The notes below the pieces were generated by a model. It did no database searches and was not told the DNA's origin. It saw only the letters and a program-made list of their open reading frames with translations. DNA of 64,000 bases from an uncultured Candidatus Saccharibacteria bacterium. GTDB lineage: Bacteria; Patescibacteriota; Minisyncoccia; Phycocordibacterales; UBA9973. The translations under genes were made by a program, and so were the position numbers. The first letter of the stretch is position 1. Each line of letters begins with the position of its first letter. The DNA is taken from assembly GCA_964625065.1 (NCBI GenBank), contig CAZUZL010000001.1, positions 40,132-104,131 of the forward strand, read 5' to 3'. Of the stretch, positions 56,336 through 64,000 are shown piece after piece.

Positions 56336-57886
56336 ATGTCATTCGCACGGTTATATAGTGCTCAGATGCAATTACTAAAAGGCCAGCTTGTTACTGTCGA
56401 GGTAGACATATCTCGAGGGTTAAATGCTTTTTCTATTGTTGGTTTACCCGACAAAGCAGTAGAAGAAGCCCGAGATCGCGTTGGCGGTGCATTGAAAAAT
56501 TCTGGATTTCCTTCACCTAAACATACAAATGTAAAAACAATAGTTTCATTAGCGCCAGCAGAACTTAAAAAAGAAGGTGCTTATTTTGATGTAGCCATAG
56601 CACTTGGTTTTCTACTTGCGTCAGACGAAATACGTTTCGACCCCGAGGGCAAAATATTTATCGGTGAACTGTCTTTAAATGGCGACATACAAAATGTGCG
56701 GGGTATTATACCTATAGTCCAAGCCATGCAGAAAAAAGGTATACGTGAAATGTACGTACCGTGGGGCAACAGACGCGAAGCCGCATTAGTACCAGGCATA
56801 ACAATATACGGGGTAAAAACATTCCGTAACTTAGTCGACCACCTAGACGAAAAAATTCGTGTAGAAAAACCCACACAACTTTTTGAACAACCGCAAACAG
56901 AAGTAAGTTACGCAAACACATTTAGTAGTGGTATAGATTTTTCAGATGTCCGCGGGCAGGAAACAGCAAAGCGTGGGCTAGAAATAGCCGCAGCAGGTGG
57001 GCACAACATAGCTATGTATGGCCCACCTGGCACAGGTAAAACAATGTTAGCCCGTGTGTTTGCAACACTACTACCACAAATGGACCTGCCAGACGTATTA
57101 GAAGTTACAGGTATACATTCTGCTGTAGGTGTAAACGAAAACGACATTATTACGGAAGTACCGTTCCGTAGCCCACACCACACAGCCAGTTATGTTTCTA
57201 TGGTCGGCGGTGGGGCAAACCTACGTCCTGGCGAGGTTACGCTGGCACATAAAGGTGTTTTGTTTTTAGACGAATTTCCAGAGTTTGATAAAAAGGTAAT
57301 AGAAGCATTACGCCAACCACTAGAAGACAACGTAGTGTCAGTTTCGCGTGCACGTGGTACTGCCAACTTTCCTTCAAACTTTATTTTAGTAGCAGCCATG
57401 AACCCATGCCCATGTGGCAACCTGGGTAACAAACAAAAACGCTGTATATGTAAACCCAACGACATTGCACGTTACCAACGCAAAATTTCCGGGCCCATTA
57501 TAGACCGCATAGACATATGGGTACAAGTTGCCGATATAGATTATAAAAAACTAGCAGGTGTAGGTACCGGAGAAAAAACAGAGGTTATAAAAACACGTGT
57601 GCAGTCTGCCCGTAACAAACAAAAACAACGTTTTACTAACCACAAGAAAAACATAACAACTAACGCTGAAATGAATGTTAAAGACCTGGCCGTACATGCA
57701 CAACTTGCACCCAAAGTCCGCGACTTGCTAGACCAGTCTGCCGAGAAACTGCAACTCTCCCCCCGGGCATACCACCGTGTTATAAAACTTGCCCGCACCA
57801 TAGCCGACCTAGCCAACGCAAACGAAATAGAAACAACACACATTTTGGAAGCTTTACAATACAGACCGAAACTAGAACAATATTAA
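56336..57886 (+). CDS. comM: YifB/ComM-family Mg-chelatase-like AAA+ ATPase
   Basis: N-terminal Lon-like domain, Walker A GPPGTGKT, C-terminal ChlI domain; start taken at MSFARLY. Confidence 0.85.
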   Translation: MSFARLYSAQMQLLKGQLVTVEVDISRGLNAFSIVGLPDKAVEEARDRVGGALKNSGFPSPKHTNVKTIVSLAPAELKKEGAYFDVAIALGFLLASDEIRFDPEGKIFIGELSLNGDIQNVRGIIPIVQAMQKKGIREMYVPWGNRREAALVPGITIYGVKTFRNLVDHLDEKIRVEKPTQLFEQPQTEVSYANTFSSGIDFSDVRGQETAKRGLEIAAAGGHNIAMYGPPGTGKTMLARVFATLLPQMDLPDVLEVTGIHSAVGVNENDIITEVPFRSPHHTASYVSMVGGGANLRPGEVTLAHKGVLFLDEFPEFDKKVIEALRQPLEDNVVSVSRARGTANFPSNFILVAAMNPCPCGNLGNKQKRCICKPNDIARYQRKISGPIIDRIDIWVQVADIDYKKLAGVGTGEKTEVIKTRVQSARNKQKQRFTNHKKNITTNAEMNVKDLAVHAQLAPKVRDLLDQSAEKLQLSPRAYHRVIKLARTIADLANANEIETTHILEALQYRPKLEQY

Positions 57887-57915
57887 AACCGATTCGGATG
57901 AATCGGTTTTAATAT
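57887..57915. terminator. Bidirectional intrinsic terminator
   Basis: aaaaccgattcggatgaatcggttttaat. Confidence 0.65.
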
Positions 57916-57917
57916 TT

Positions 57918-59168
57918 TTAGTCTTTACTGTTTACGTCACCAGTAGAACCTTTTATTGCAAATGAGTTCTTTGCACCGCGGATTTCAAAGTGTAAATGTG
58001 GTCCTGTCGAGTGTCCTGTAGAACCAACATACGCTATTGTTTGGCCCTTGGTTACAGACTGACCAACTGTAACTATGTTAGATGTGTTGTGTGCGTAAAG
58101 TGTTTGTGTGCCGTTAGGGTGTTTAATAGCTAGATATGTACCATAACCACCACCGTATGTACCACGAGAGTCGGCAATAACTACACCGTCTGCTGCTGCC
58201 ATAACAGGTGTACCTTTAGGTGCAGAAATGTCGATACCATTAAATGCGTGTAGACCCTGAGTAACAATACCACCACGAACAGGGAACATGTAGTAACCAC
58301 TGTATTCTGCTGCATTAAAGCCCCAAGTCTTTTCACCCCGTGCACTGCGCATAACAGCGTCGCCAGATTTTGGACCTGATAGATCAAGTTCGCCGGTAGA
58401 TTTAAGTTTATAGACACCAGTACCTGTGTATTTACCCGTTTGAGATTTAGTAGTAGTACCTTTTGCTGTTTTATTTGCAGGCTGGGCGACTGTTTGTTGT
58501 TCACCGTTAGGTATTATTATAACTGTGCCAGGTTCTACAACAGTGTCTACTGTTATACCGTTAAATAGTTCTATGTCAGAGGTGTCTGCACTATATTTTT
58601 TAGCTATAGACTTTATGGTGTCGCCCTTTTTAAATGTATATCGTAGACCAGTAACAGGTAGTATTGTTAGCATTTGGCCTTCCTTAAGGGTGGGGTTTTG
58701 ACTTAGGTTGTTAGCCCAGATAATGGTGTTTGGTGTAACGTCGTATAGGTTTGCCACTGTTTTAATAGTGTCGCCTTTTTTAACGGTATATAAACTAATC
58801 TGGTCTGTATCTGGAACGTACTGTTCTACATCTAAGGCAGTGCCCATAGGGCCCACATCTGTAGACAAAACACCGTCGTCTGACAACATAGTAGTGTCAA
58901 CATCGTCGCCGCCCAAAACAGTAGAAACAACAGTTGATGGGTCGGGTAAAACTAGGGTTTGAGAGTTTTTGGTTATTTCAACCTTGCCTTGGGCGTCTGC
59001 TATTTTGCCTAGAAAGCTAAAAATACCCGCGTGTACGTAGGTCGGAACAAATATGGTTAGAGTAGCTAAAGCAATAAAAGCTTTAGAAATAAGGATTTTT
59101 TGAACAAAGCGGACCAAAAGGGTGGGGGGTACGGTTTCGCCGGTTGTTTGTTTATTATTAGGTAACAT
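57918..59168 (-). CDS. LysM-domain M23-family peptidoglycan endopeptidase
   Basis: Two LysM repeats (YTVKKGDTIKTVA; YTFKKGDTIKSIA) and C-terminal GIDISAPKGTPV...HLHFEI. Confidence 0.8.
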   Translation of the reverse strand: MLPNNKQTTGETVPPTLLVRFVQKILISKAFIALATLTIFVPTYVHAGIFSFLGKIADAQGKVEITKNSQTLVLPDPSTVVSTVLGGDDVDTTMLSDDGVLSTDVGPMGTALDVEQYVPDTDQISLYTVKKGDTIKTVANLYDVTPNTIIWANNLSQNPTLKEGQMLTILPVTGLRYTFKKGDTIKSIAKKYSADTSDIELFNGITVDTVVEPGTVIIIPNGEQQTVAQPANKTAKGTTTKSQTGKYTGTGVYKLKSTGELDLSGPKSGDAVMRSARGEKTWGFNAAEYSGYYMFPVRGGIVTQGLHAFNGIDISAPKGTPVMAAADGVVIADSRGTYGGGYGTYLAIKHPNGTQTLYAHNTSNIVTVGQSVTKGQTIAYVGSTGHSTGPHLHFEIRGAKNSFAIKGSTGDVNSKD

Positions 59169-59323
59169 AACGTAGGCCTAGGCCTTACCTATATAATGGT
59201 AGCACGCTAAAAAACAGAGTCAACAGACAAAAAGTGCAAAAAATGTTGTAATAAACACCTATTTACAAGGGTTTTAAGCCGAAAAACTCTGAGAATCAAG
59301 CTTTTTATGGTATTATTGGACAT

Positions 59324-61252
59324 ATGCATTATCTAGAAGGACTAAATGAAGCCCAAAACCAAGCCGTAACCCATATAAATGGACCACTTTTGATAGTTGC
59401 CGGGGCTGGTGCAGGCAAAACTAAGACCATAACCCACCGTATTGTACATCTTATATATAGTGGCGTCAGACCAGACCAGATACTGGCCATAACATTTACC
59501 AACAAAGCAGCCAAAGAAATGCGTGAACGCGCCGAGAAGATAATACACCAGAACATAGAAAACGTAGTTGGCATGCCCACACTACTAACATTCCATTCGT
59601 TCTGTGTACGCATATTAAAGGAACAACATGCATTATTAGGACTGAAAAAGCACTTTGTTATTTTGGACGAGGGCGACGCTGTGTCTATGATCAAAGATGC
59701 AATAAAGTCTATAGGCCTGGACCCGAAGCAATACGAACCTAAAAAGATAAAGGGTATTATTTCACGTGCTAAATCAAACATGACAACACGTGAACTGTTT
59801 ACTGAACGCGCGACATCTACCATTGAATCTATAGTTGCGCGTGTTTGGGCATTGTATGAAAAAGCATGCAAAGACGAAGGTGCGGTAGACTTCGACGACC
59901 TACTATTAGAAACAGTTTTGCTATTTGAAAGACACCCGAGTGTTTTAGAAATGTACCAAGACCGTTACCCATACATACACATAGACGAATACCAGGACAC
60001 AAACGAAGTTCAATACAGACTGGCAACATTGTTAGCTAAAAAATATAAAAACATTTGTGTAGTGGGTGATAGCGACCAGACTATATATACATGGCGTGGG
60101 GCAAATATAAAAAACATTTTACAGTTTGAAGAAGACTACCCAGATGCATTAGTAGTTCTACTGGAAGAAAATTACCGTTCAACTAAAAACATTATTACCG
60201 CAGCAAACAGTGTAATAATAAAAAACAAAGAACGTAAAGACAAAACTCTGTTTACCAGTAAATCAGACGGCGACGCAATAGGGGTGTACCAAGTGTTCGA
60301 CGAAAAAGTTGAATCTAATTTTGTAGCAACACAATGTTTACAGTTAATAGACGAAGGTGTTAGCCCAGACGACATTGCTGTACTGTACCGTGCAAACTTT
60401 CAGTCTCGTGCTATAGAAGAAGCCATGTTAGACAACCACGTACCATATACTGTTTTAGGTACAAAGTTCTTTGACCGCAAAGAGGTTAAAGACGTGTTGT
60501 CTTATTTACGTGCAGCCCAGAACCCAGATTCATTGTCTGACATTAAACGTATTATAAACTTCCCGGCGCGCGGTATAGGCAAAACAACACTGGCTAAACT
60601 TTTCTCTGGTATGCGTGACCAATTGCCCCCAGCAATGCAGAAAAAAATTGAAATGTTTTACCATCTACTGGCAACCATCGATGCATATGCAACAGTAAAC
60701 ACACCCAGTGAAGTTCTACGCTACATAGTTCAAACAACAGGTATTGAATCTGAACTAAAGGCCGGTAGTGCCGAAGACATAGAAAGACTAGAAAACATCA
60801 AGGAACTAGTTACACTTGCGCAGAAATACGACGAATACCCATTGGAGGAAGGTATAGACCACCTACTATCAGACGCGTCACTAATGAGCGACCAAGACAC
60901 CCTAACACACACAGAAGAAAAGAAAGGTGTACGCATGATGACAGTCCATGCATCAAAAGGTTTGGAATTTCCATATGTATTTATTGTTGGGCTAGAACAT
61001 GGATTGTTTCCCCATCAGCGCGACGGGCGCAGTTCTGAGGCTGATAAAGAAGAAGAACGCCGTCTGTTCTACGTAGCCTTAACACGCGCTGAAAAAAAGC
61101 TATACTTAGTACATGCAGAACTACGAACCATATTCGGCATGCGACAAATAAATTCACCATCAGAATTCCTTTTCGACATACCAAACGAAATAATAGAAGT
61201 AGAACACATACATGGACCACGTGAAAAAACAGTTTACTTTGAGGCATTCTAA
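59324..61252 (+). CDS. UvrD/PcrA/Rep-family DNA helicase
   Basis: AGAGAGKTKTIT Walker A, DEYQDTN, and subsequent helicase motifs. Confidence 0.9.
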   Translation: MHYLEGLNEAQNQAVTHINGPLLIVAGAGAGKTKTITHRIVHLIYSGVRPDQILAITFTNKAAKEMRERAEKIIHQNIENVVGMPTLLTFHSFCVRILKEQHALLGLKKHFVILDEGDAVSMIKDAIKSIGLDPKQYEPKKIKGIISRAKSNMTTRELFTERATSTIESIVARVWALYEKACKDEGAVDFDDLLLETVLLFERHPSVLEMYQDRYPYIHIDEYQDTNEVQYRLATLLAKKYKNICVVGDSDQTIYTWRGANIKNILQFEEDYPDALVVLLEENYRSTKNIITAANSVIIKNKERKDKTLFTSKSDGDAIGVYQVFDEKVESNFVATQCLQLIDEGVSPDDIAVLYRANFQSRAIEEAMLDNHVPYTVLGTKFFDRKEVKDVLSYLRAAQNPDSLSDIKRIINFPARGIGKTTLAKLFSGMRDQLPPAMQKKIEMFYHLLATIDAYATVNTPSEVLRYIVQTTGIESELKAGSAEDIERLENIKELVTLAQKYDEYPLEEGIDHLLSDASLMSDQDTLTHTEEKKGVRMMTVHASKGLEFPYVFIVGLEHGLFPHQRDGRSSEADKEEERRLFYVALTRAEKKLYLVHAELRTIFGMRQINSPSEFLFDIPNEIIEVEHIHGPREKTVYFEAF

Positions 61253-61255
61253 AAT

Positions 61256-62077
61256 ATGAAAACTCACTCACCTAAAAAATCTCTCGGACAGAACTTTCTG
61301 AAGTCACAAAAAGCTTTGGCGGAAATTTTACATGCCGGTTCAGTTTCTATAGGTGACACTATTTTAGAAATAGGCCCAGGTAAAGGTGCACTTACTGAAA
61401 AACTTCTTTCCACTGGTGCACATGTGGTGGCCATAGAAAAAGACCAGGAACTAGTTCCATACCTACAGGAAAAATTTGCTATTGATATAGAAAAAGGCTT
61501 GTTTACATTAATAGAGGGCGACATTTTGGAATTTGATATAGAATCCATAACAAAACTAACCCCCCCTTCGCAGGGCGGGAAGCAGCTACCGAACTATAAA
61601 CTAATAGCCAACATTCCATACAACATAACCGGTGCCATAATACGCATGTTTTTAGAAAGCAAAAACCAGCCTACAACAATGGTGCTGCTTGTTCAAAAAG
61701 AAGTGGCCGTACGCATAGCCCGCGACAAAAAGGAAAGTATTCTGTCTCTTTCAGTTAAGGCATACGGTACACCTACGTACGTTTCCACTGTTTCGAAAAG
61801 GTATTTTAACCCAGCCCCTAAGGTAGATTCGGCCATAATAGCAGTACAGGGCATAAACCGAAATAGATTTGTTTCACAGACACACGAAGCTGAGTTTTTC
61901 AAATTAGTAAAAACAGCATTTGCCCATAAACGTAAGCAACTGGCAGGCAACCTAAAAGAAGGTGGTTATAGCACAGAATGGATAAATACAACTTTTTCTA
62001 ATAACAAAATACCCGAATATGTCCGTGCCGAAGACATACACATACAAACATGGCTACACATGTCTAATAACATATAA
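61256..62077 (+). CDS. rsmA: 16S rRNA (adenine1518/1519-N6)-dimethyltransferase
   Basis: LGQNFL, ILEIGPGKGALT and NIPYNIT motifs. Confidence 0.9.
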   Translation: MKTHSPKKSLGQNFLKSQKALAEILHAGSVSIGDTILEIGPGKGALTEKLLSTGAHVVAIEKDQELVPYLQEKFAIDIEKGLFTLIEGDILEFDIESITKLTPPSQGGKQLPNYKLIANIPYNITGAIIRMFLESKNQPTTMVLLVQKEVAVRIARDKKESILSLSVKAYGTPTYVSTVSKRYFNPAPKVDSAIIAVQGINRNRFVSQTHEAEFFKLVKTAFAHKRKQLAGNLKEGGYSTEWINTTFSNNKIPEYVRAEDIHIQTWLHMSNNI

Positions 62078-62117
62078 ATGTTATTGCTAAAACAGCACTA
62101 TACTGTACAATATATGT

Positions 62118-62504
62118 ATGTATCGTGCATATATATACCCTATAGTTACTTTAATAATACTTGGTAGTTTTTTTACACTACCTGCAAACGCCCTTACCCT
62201 AAAAAAACCATTGGCTTCTTTTGGTGGTAGGGTTATTCTGACACAAGTACCAGGCGTTACATGTACAGGCCAATACTGGCTAACAACAAAACCTAGTGGA
62301 GGGTTTCCTATAAACACACCACTAGTTATAGAGGCGACCAATAAAACTATTTCGCCTGGGGCAAATATTTTAGGCTTAGTAAACCCTGTATCTGACATGA
62401 ACACCTGTTTTATACCAACACCGACAGGGCCAATATATATACCTTCATGGCGCATAGACACTACACACATGGGCGTTTCTACTATTAGACCTAAACTAAG
62501 ATAA
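62118..62504 (+). CDS. Small secreted hypothetical protein
   Basis: Signal peptide; same strand and flow as neighbours; preferred over the antisense ORF 62087-62515. Confidence 0.4.
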   Translation: MYRAYIYPIVTLIILGSFFTLPANALTLKKPLASFGGRVILTQVPGVTCTGQYWLTTKPSGGFPINTPLVIEATNKTISPGANILGLVNPVSDMNTCFIPTPTGPIYIPSWRIDTTHMGVSTIRPKLR

Positions 62505-62507
62505 ACT

Positions 62508-63392
62508 ATGAACATTCAACCATATTTACCAAGTGCGTTATTTAAAAAAAGACTAATTGTTATTAGCGCATTAGTGATTATTTTAATATTAGTACCTAAA
62601 ATATGGGTATTTGTTACTTCAAAGATTAAAACACACCGTATAACAGATTCTGAAGCTGCAGTTATAGCAGCCACAGACACAGACGGTGACAGTGTTTACG
62701 ACTGGCAGGAAAAACTTTGGGGCACAGACATAAACAACATAGCAACGTTTGGTGTACCCGACGCAACATACATAAAAAACAAACAAACAGAACTAACAAC
62801 TAACGATACGGCAACAGACAACAAAACAGACATATTAAGTAAACAGCTTTTTGCTACAGTTAACGCAATAAAGGCCAGTACAACATTAAACCCGTCTGAC
62901 AGTTACAAAGAAATAGCCGAAAACGTTGCCCAGTTTGTAACAGACAACCCAAACCCAGACGTAGTTGTTATAACAAGCAAAGACATAAAAACAATACCAA
63001 ACAACCCTACAAACAAAAAACTTTATGCAAAGTCTATAGGGAACCTTTCTGGTACATATTTTGGTAACAATACTAAAATAGGCACTGAAACAAGTATTTT
63101 ATACTATGCATTAATAAACGAAGACCCAGCACACATACCAGACCTGGACCCTATTATTTCAGACTACGAAACCCTAGCTAAAAAACTAACAGCAATAAAA
63201 GTACCTGAACTAGCAGTTGCCGACCACGTACAACTTGTAAACGCATTATATGCAATAAGTTCTGCTTTAACAGAAACAAAGTCTTTATTTTCTGACAGCG
63301 TTATTGGAATCCGCGGTGTAGTGGGGTATAATAAAACTGCTACTGAATTAGACACTATTATAGATAGACTACAAACATATGCTTCGAACTAA
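62508..63392 (+). CDS. Membrane-anchored hypothetical protein
   Basis: 294 aa, N-terminal TM helix, Thr/Asn/Asp-rich. Confidence 0.5.
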   Translation: MNIQPYLPSALFKKRLIVISALVIILILVPKIWVFVTSKIKTHRITDSEAAVIAATDTDGDSVYDWQEKLWGTDINNIATFGVPDATYIKNKQTELTTNDTATDNKTDILSKQLFATVNAIKASTTLNPSDSYKEIAENVAQFVTDNPNPDVVVITSKDIKTIPNNPTNKKLYAKSIGNLSGTYFGNNTKIGTETSILYYALINEDPAHIPDLDPIISDYETLAKKLTAIKVPELAVADHVQLVNALYAISSALTETKSLFSDSVIGIRGVVGYNKTATELDTIIDRLQTYASN

Positions 63393-64000
63393 AAAACAAA
63401 CATTTAATTTTTTATTAAGCTCGGTGTTACTTACCAGCTTTTTAGTTCCTGCAATAACTAGTGCACAAAGCATATCAAAACCAGCTATTAACCCATCACA
63501 GGTAGGGTCTGCGCTAGTTGGCTGTTTATCTATAAACACAAAACTGGCAAAATTTGTTACTGGGTTTACAAGTAAAGTAAATGCTACTCAAGTTGCTGTT
63601 AATAACCCCACTGACAATAACCGTAAAGATTGTTTAGACAAAGTTGGCTACCTTGCTGCACGACTAGCAATACAACAAATAACAAACCGCACCATAGCCT
63701 GGATAAACACTGGTTTCGACGGCAACCCTTTCTGGACAACAGAAGACCAAACCCTATACGACAAAATAAGTAATACTCAAATCAAAGACCTTGTTGCCCC
63801 ATACGCACTGACAAAAACACAAGGCCAGGAATTTGCTAAAGACATTGCCCGCCAGTTAATAATAGAATCAAAAACAACAGTAGACCGAAAAACTGGGTTT
63901 ACAGGTCCAGGCAGAACATTTACAAACAACTTTCAGGCAGGTGGAGGTTGGAAAAGTTGGTACAACTTAACTTCAAACCCAGCAAACGACCCAATTGGTT
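63379..64000 (+). CDS. Secreted hypothetical protein (partial, runs off the window end)
   Basis: ATG at 63379 then a signal-peptide-like MLRTKKQTFNFLLSSVLLTSFLVPAITSAQS; open frame to position 64000; not in the ORF track because no stop is reached. Confidence 0.45.
   Translation, partial: MLRTKKQTFNFLLSSVLLTSFLVPAITSAQSISKPAINPSQVGSALVGCLSINTKLAKFVTGFTSKVNATQVAVNNPTDNNRKDCLDKVGYLAARLAIQQITNRTIAWINTGFDGNPFWTTEDQTLYDKISNTQIKDLVAPYALTKTQGQEFAKDIARQLIIESKTTVDRKTGFTGPGRTFTNNFQAGGGWKSWYNLTSNPANDPIG

Noticed and set aside
62087-62515. 142-aa minus-strand ORF
   Set aside because: It is antisense to the 62118-62504 ORF; the + strand version has a signal peptide and matches the orientation of flanking genes.

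Overview
This 64 kb window is a low-GC, gene-dense bacterial chromosome segment with short intergenic spacers, each usually carrying a clear stem-loop/T-tract terminator. Housekeeping content is mostly recognisable from the translated ORFs. It includes rpsL, rpmB, rpsO, pgk, tpiA, tyrS, a short alaS, nusA, ppa, tig, clpP, rny, hup, cca, xth, xerC/D, a dksA-like gene, comM, uvrD/pcrA, rsmA, recJ, rnhA, sodA-like, a site-2 protease and a D-Ala-D-Ala dipeptidase. There is a type IV pilus/competence block (PilB, PilC, three pilin-like proteins) plus ComEC and a separate ComEC-type metallo-beta-lactamase-domain gene. Four tRNA genes carry no encoded CCA, which fits the presence of a CCA-adding enzyme gene. 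The overall style (tiny spacers, short AlaRS, T4P plus ComEC, many small secreted or membrane hypotheticals) is compatible with a reduced-genome, Patescibacteria-like organism, but that is an inference from content only. The non-core content is the more interesting part. (i) A family of about 120-190 bp elements bounded by terminal inverted repeats (TIRs) sits exactly at the start codons of three unrelated genes (comEC, rnhA, yraN-like); each element's terminal CAT is the gene's ATG. (ii) A DUF559 (Vsr-like endonuclease) ORF is bracketed by about 37-bp imperfect TIRs between alaS and nusA. (iii) A visibly GC-rich, repeat-filled non-coding block next to tRNA-Gly(GCC) is built from copies of that tRNA's 3' end. 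(iv) A HigB toxin sits next to a HigA-HTH::ImmA/IrrE-peptidase fusion beside tRNA-Gly(TCC)/tRNA-Pro. (v) A canonical MazEF module is present. (vi) A visibly AT-rich roughly 9 kb accessory stretch (11.5-20.4 kb) carries an Lnu/ANT(2'')-like nucleotidyltransferase, an APH-family kinase overlapping an MFS transporter, an isochorismatase-family hydrolase, an endonuclease/exonuclease/phosphatase-family protein and a DMT permease. (vii) Several compact, GC-rich structured non-coding elements could not be assigned to a known RNA family.
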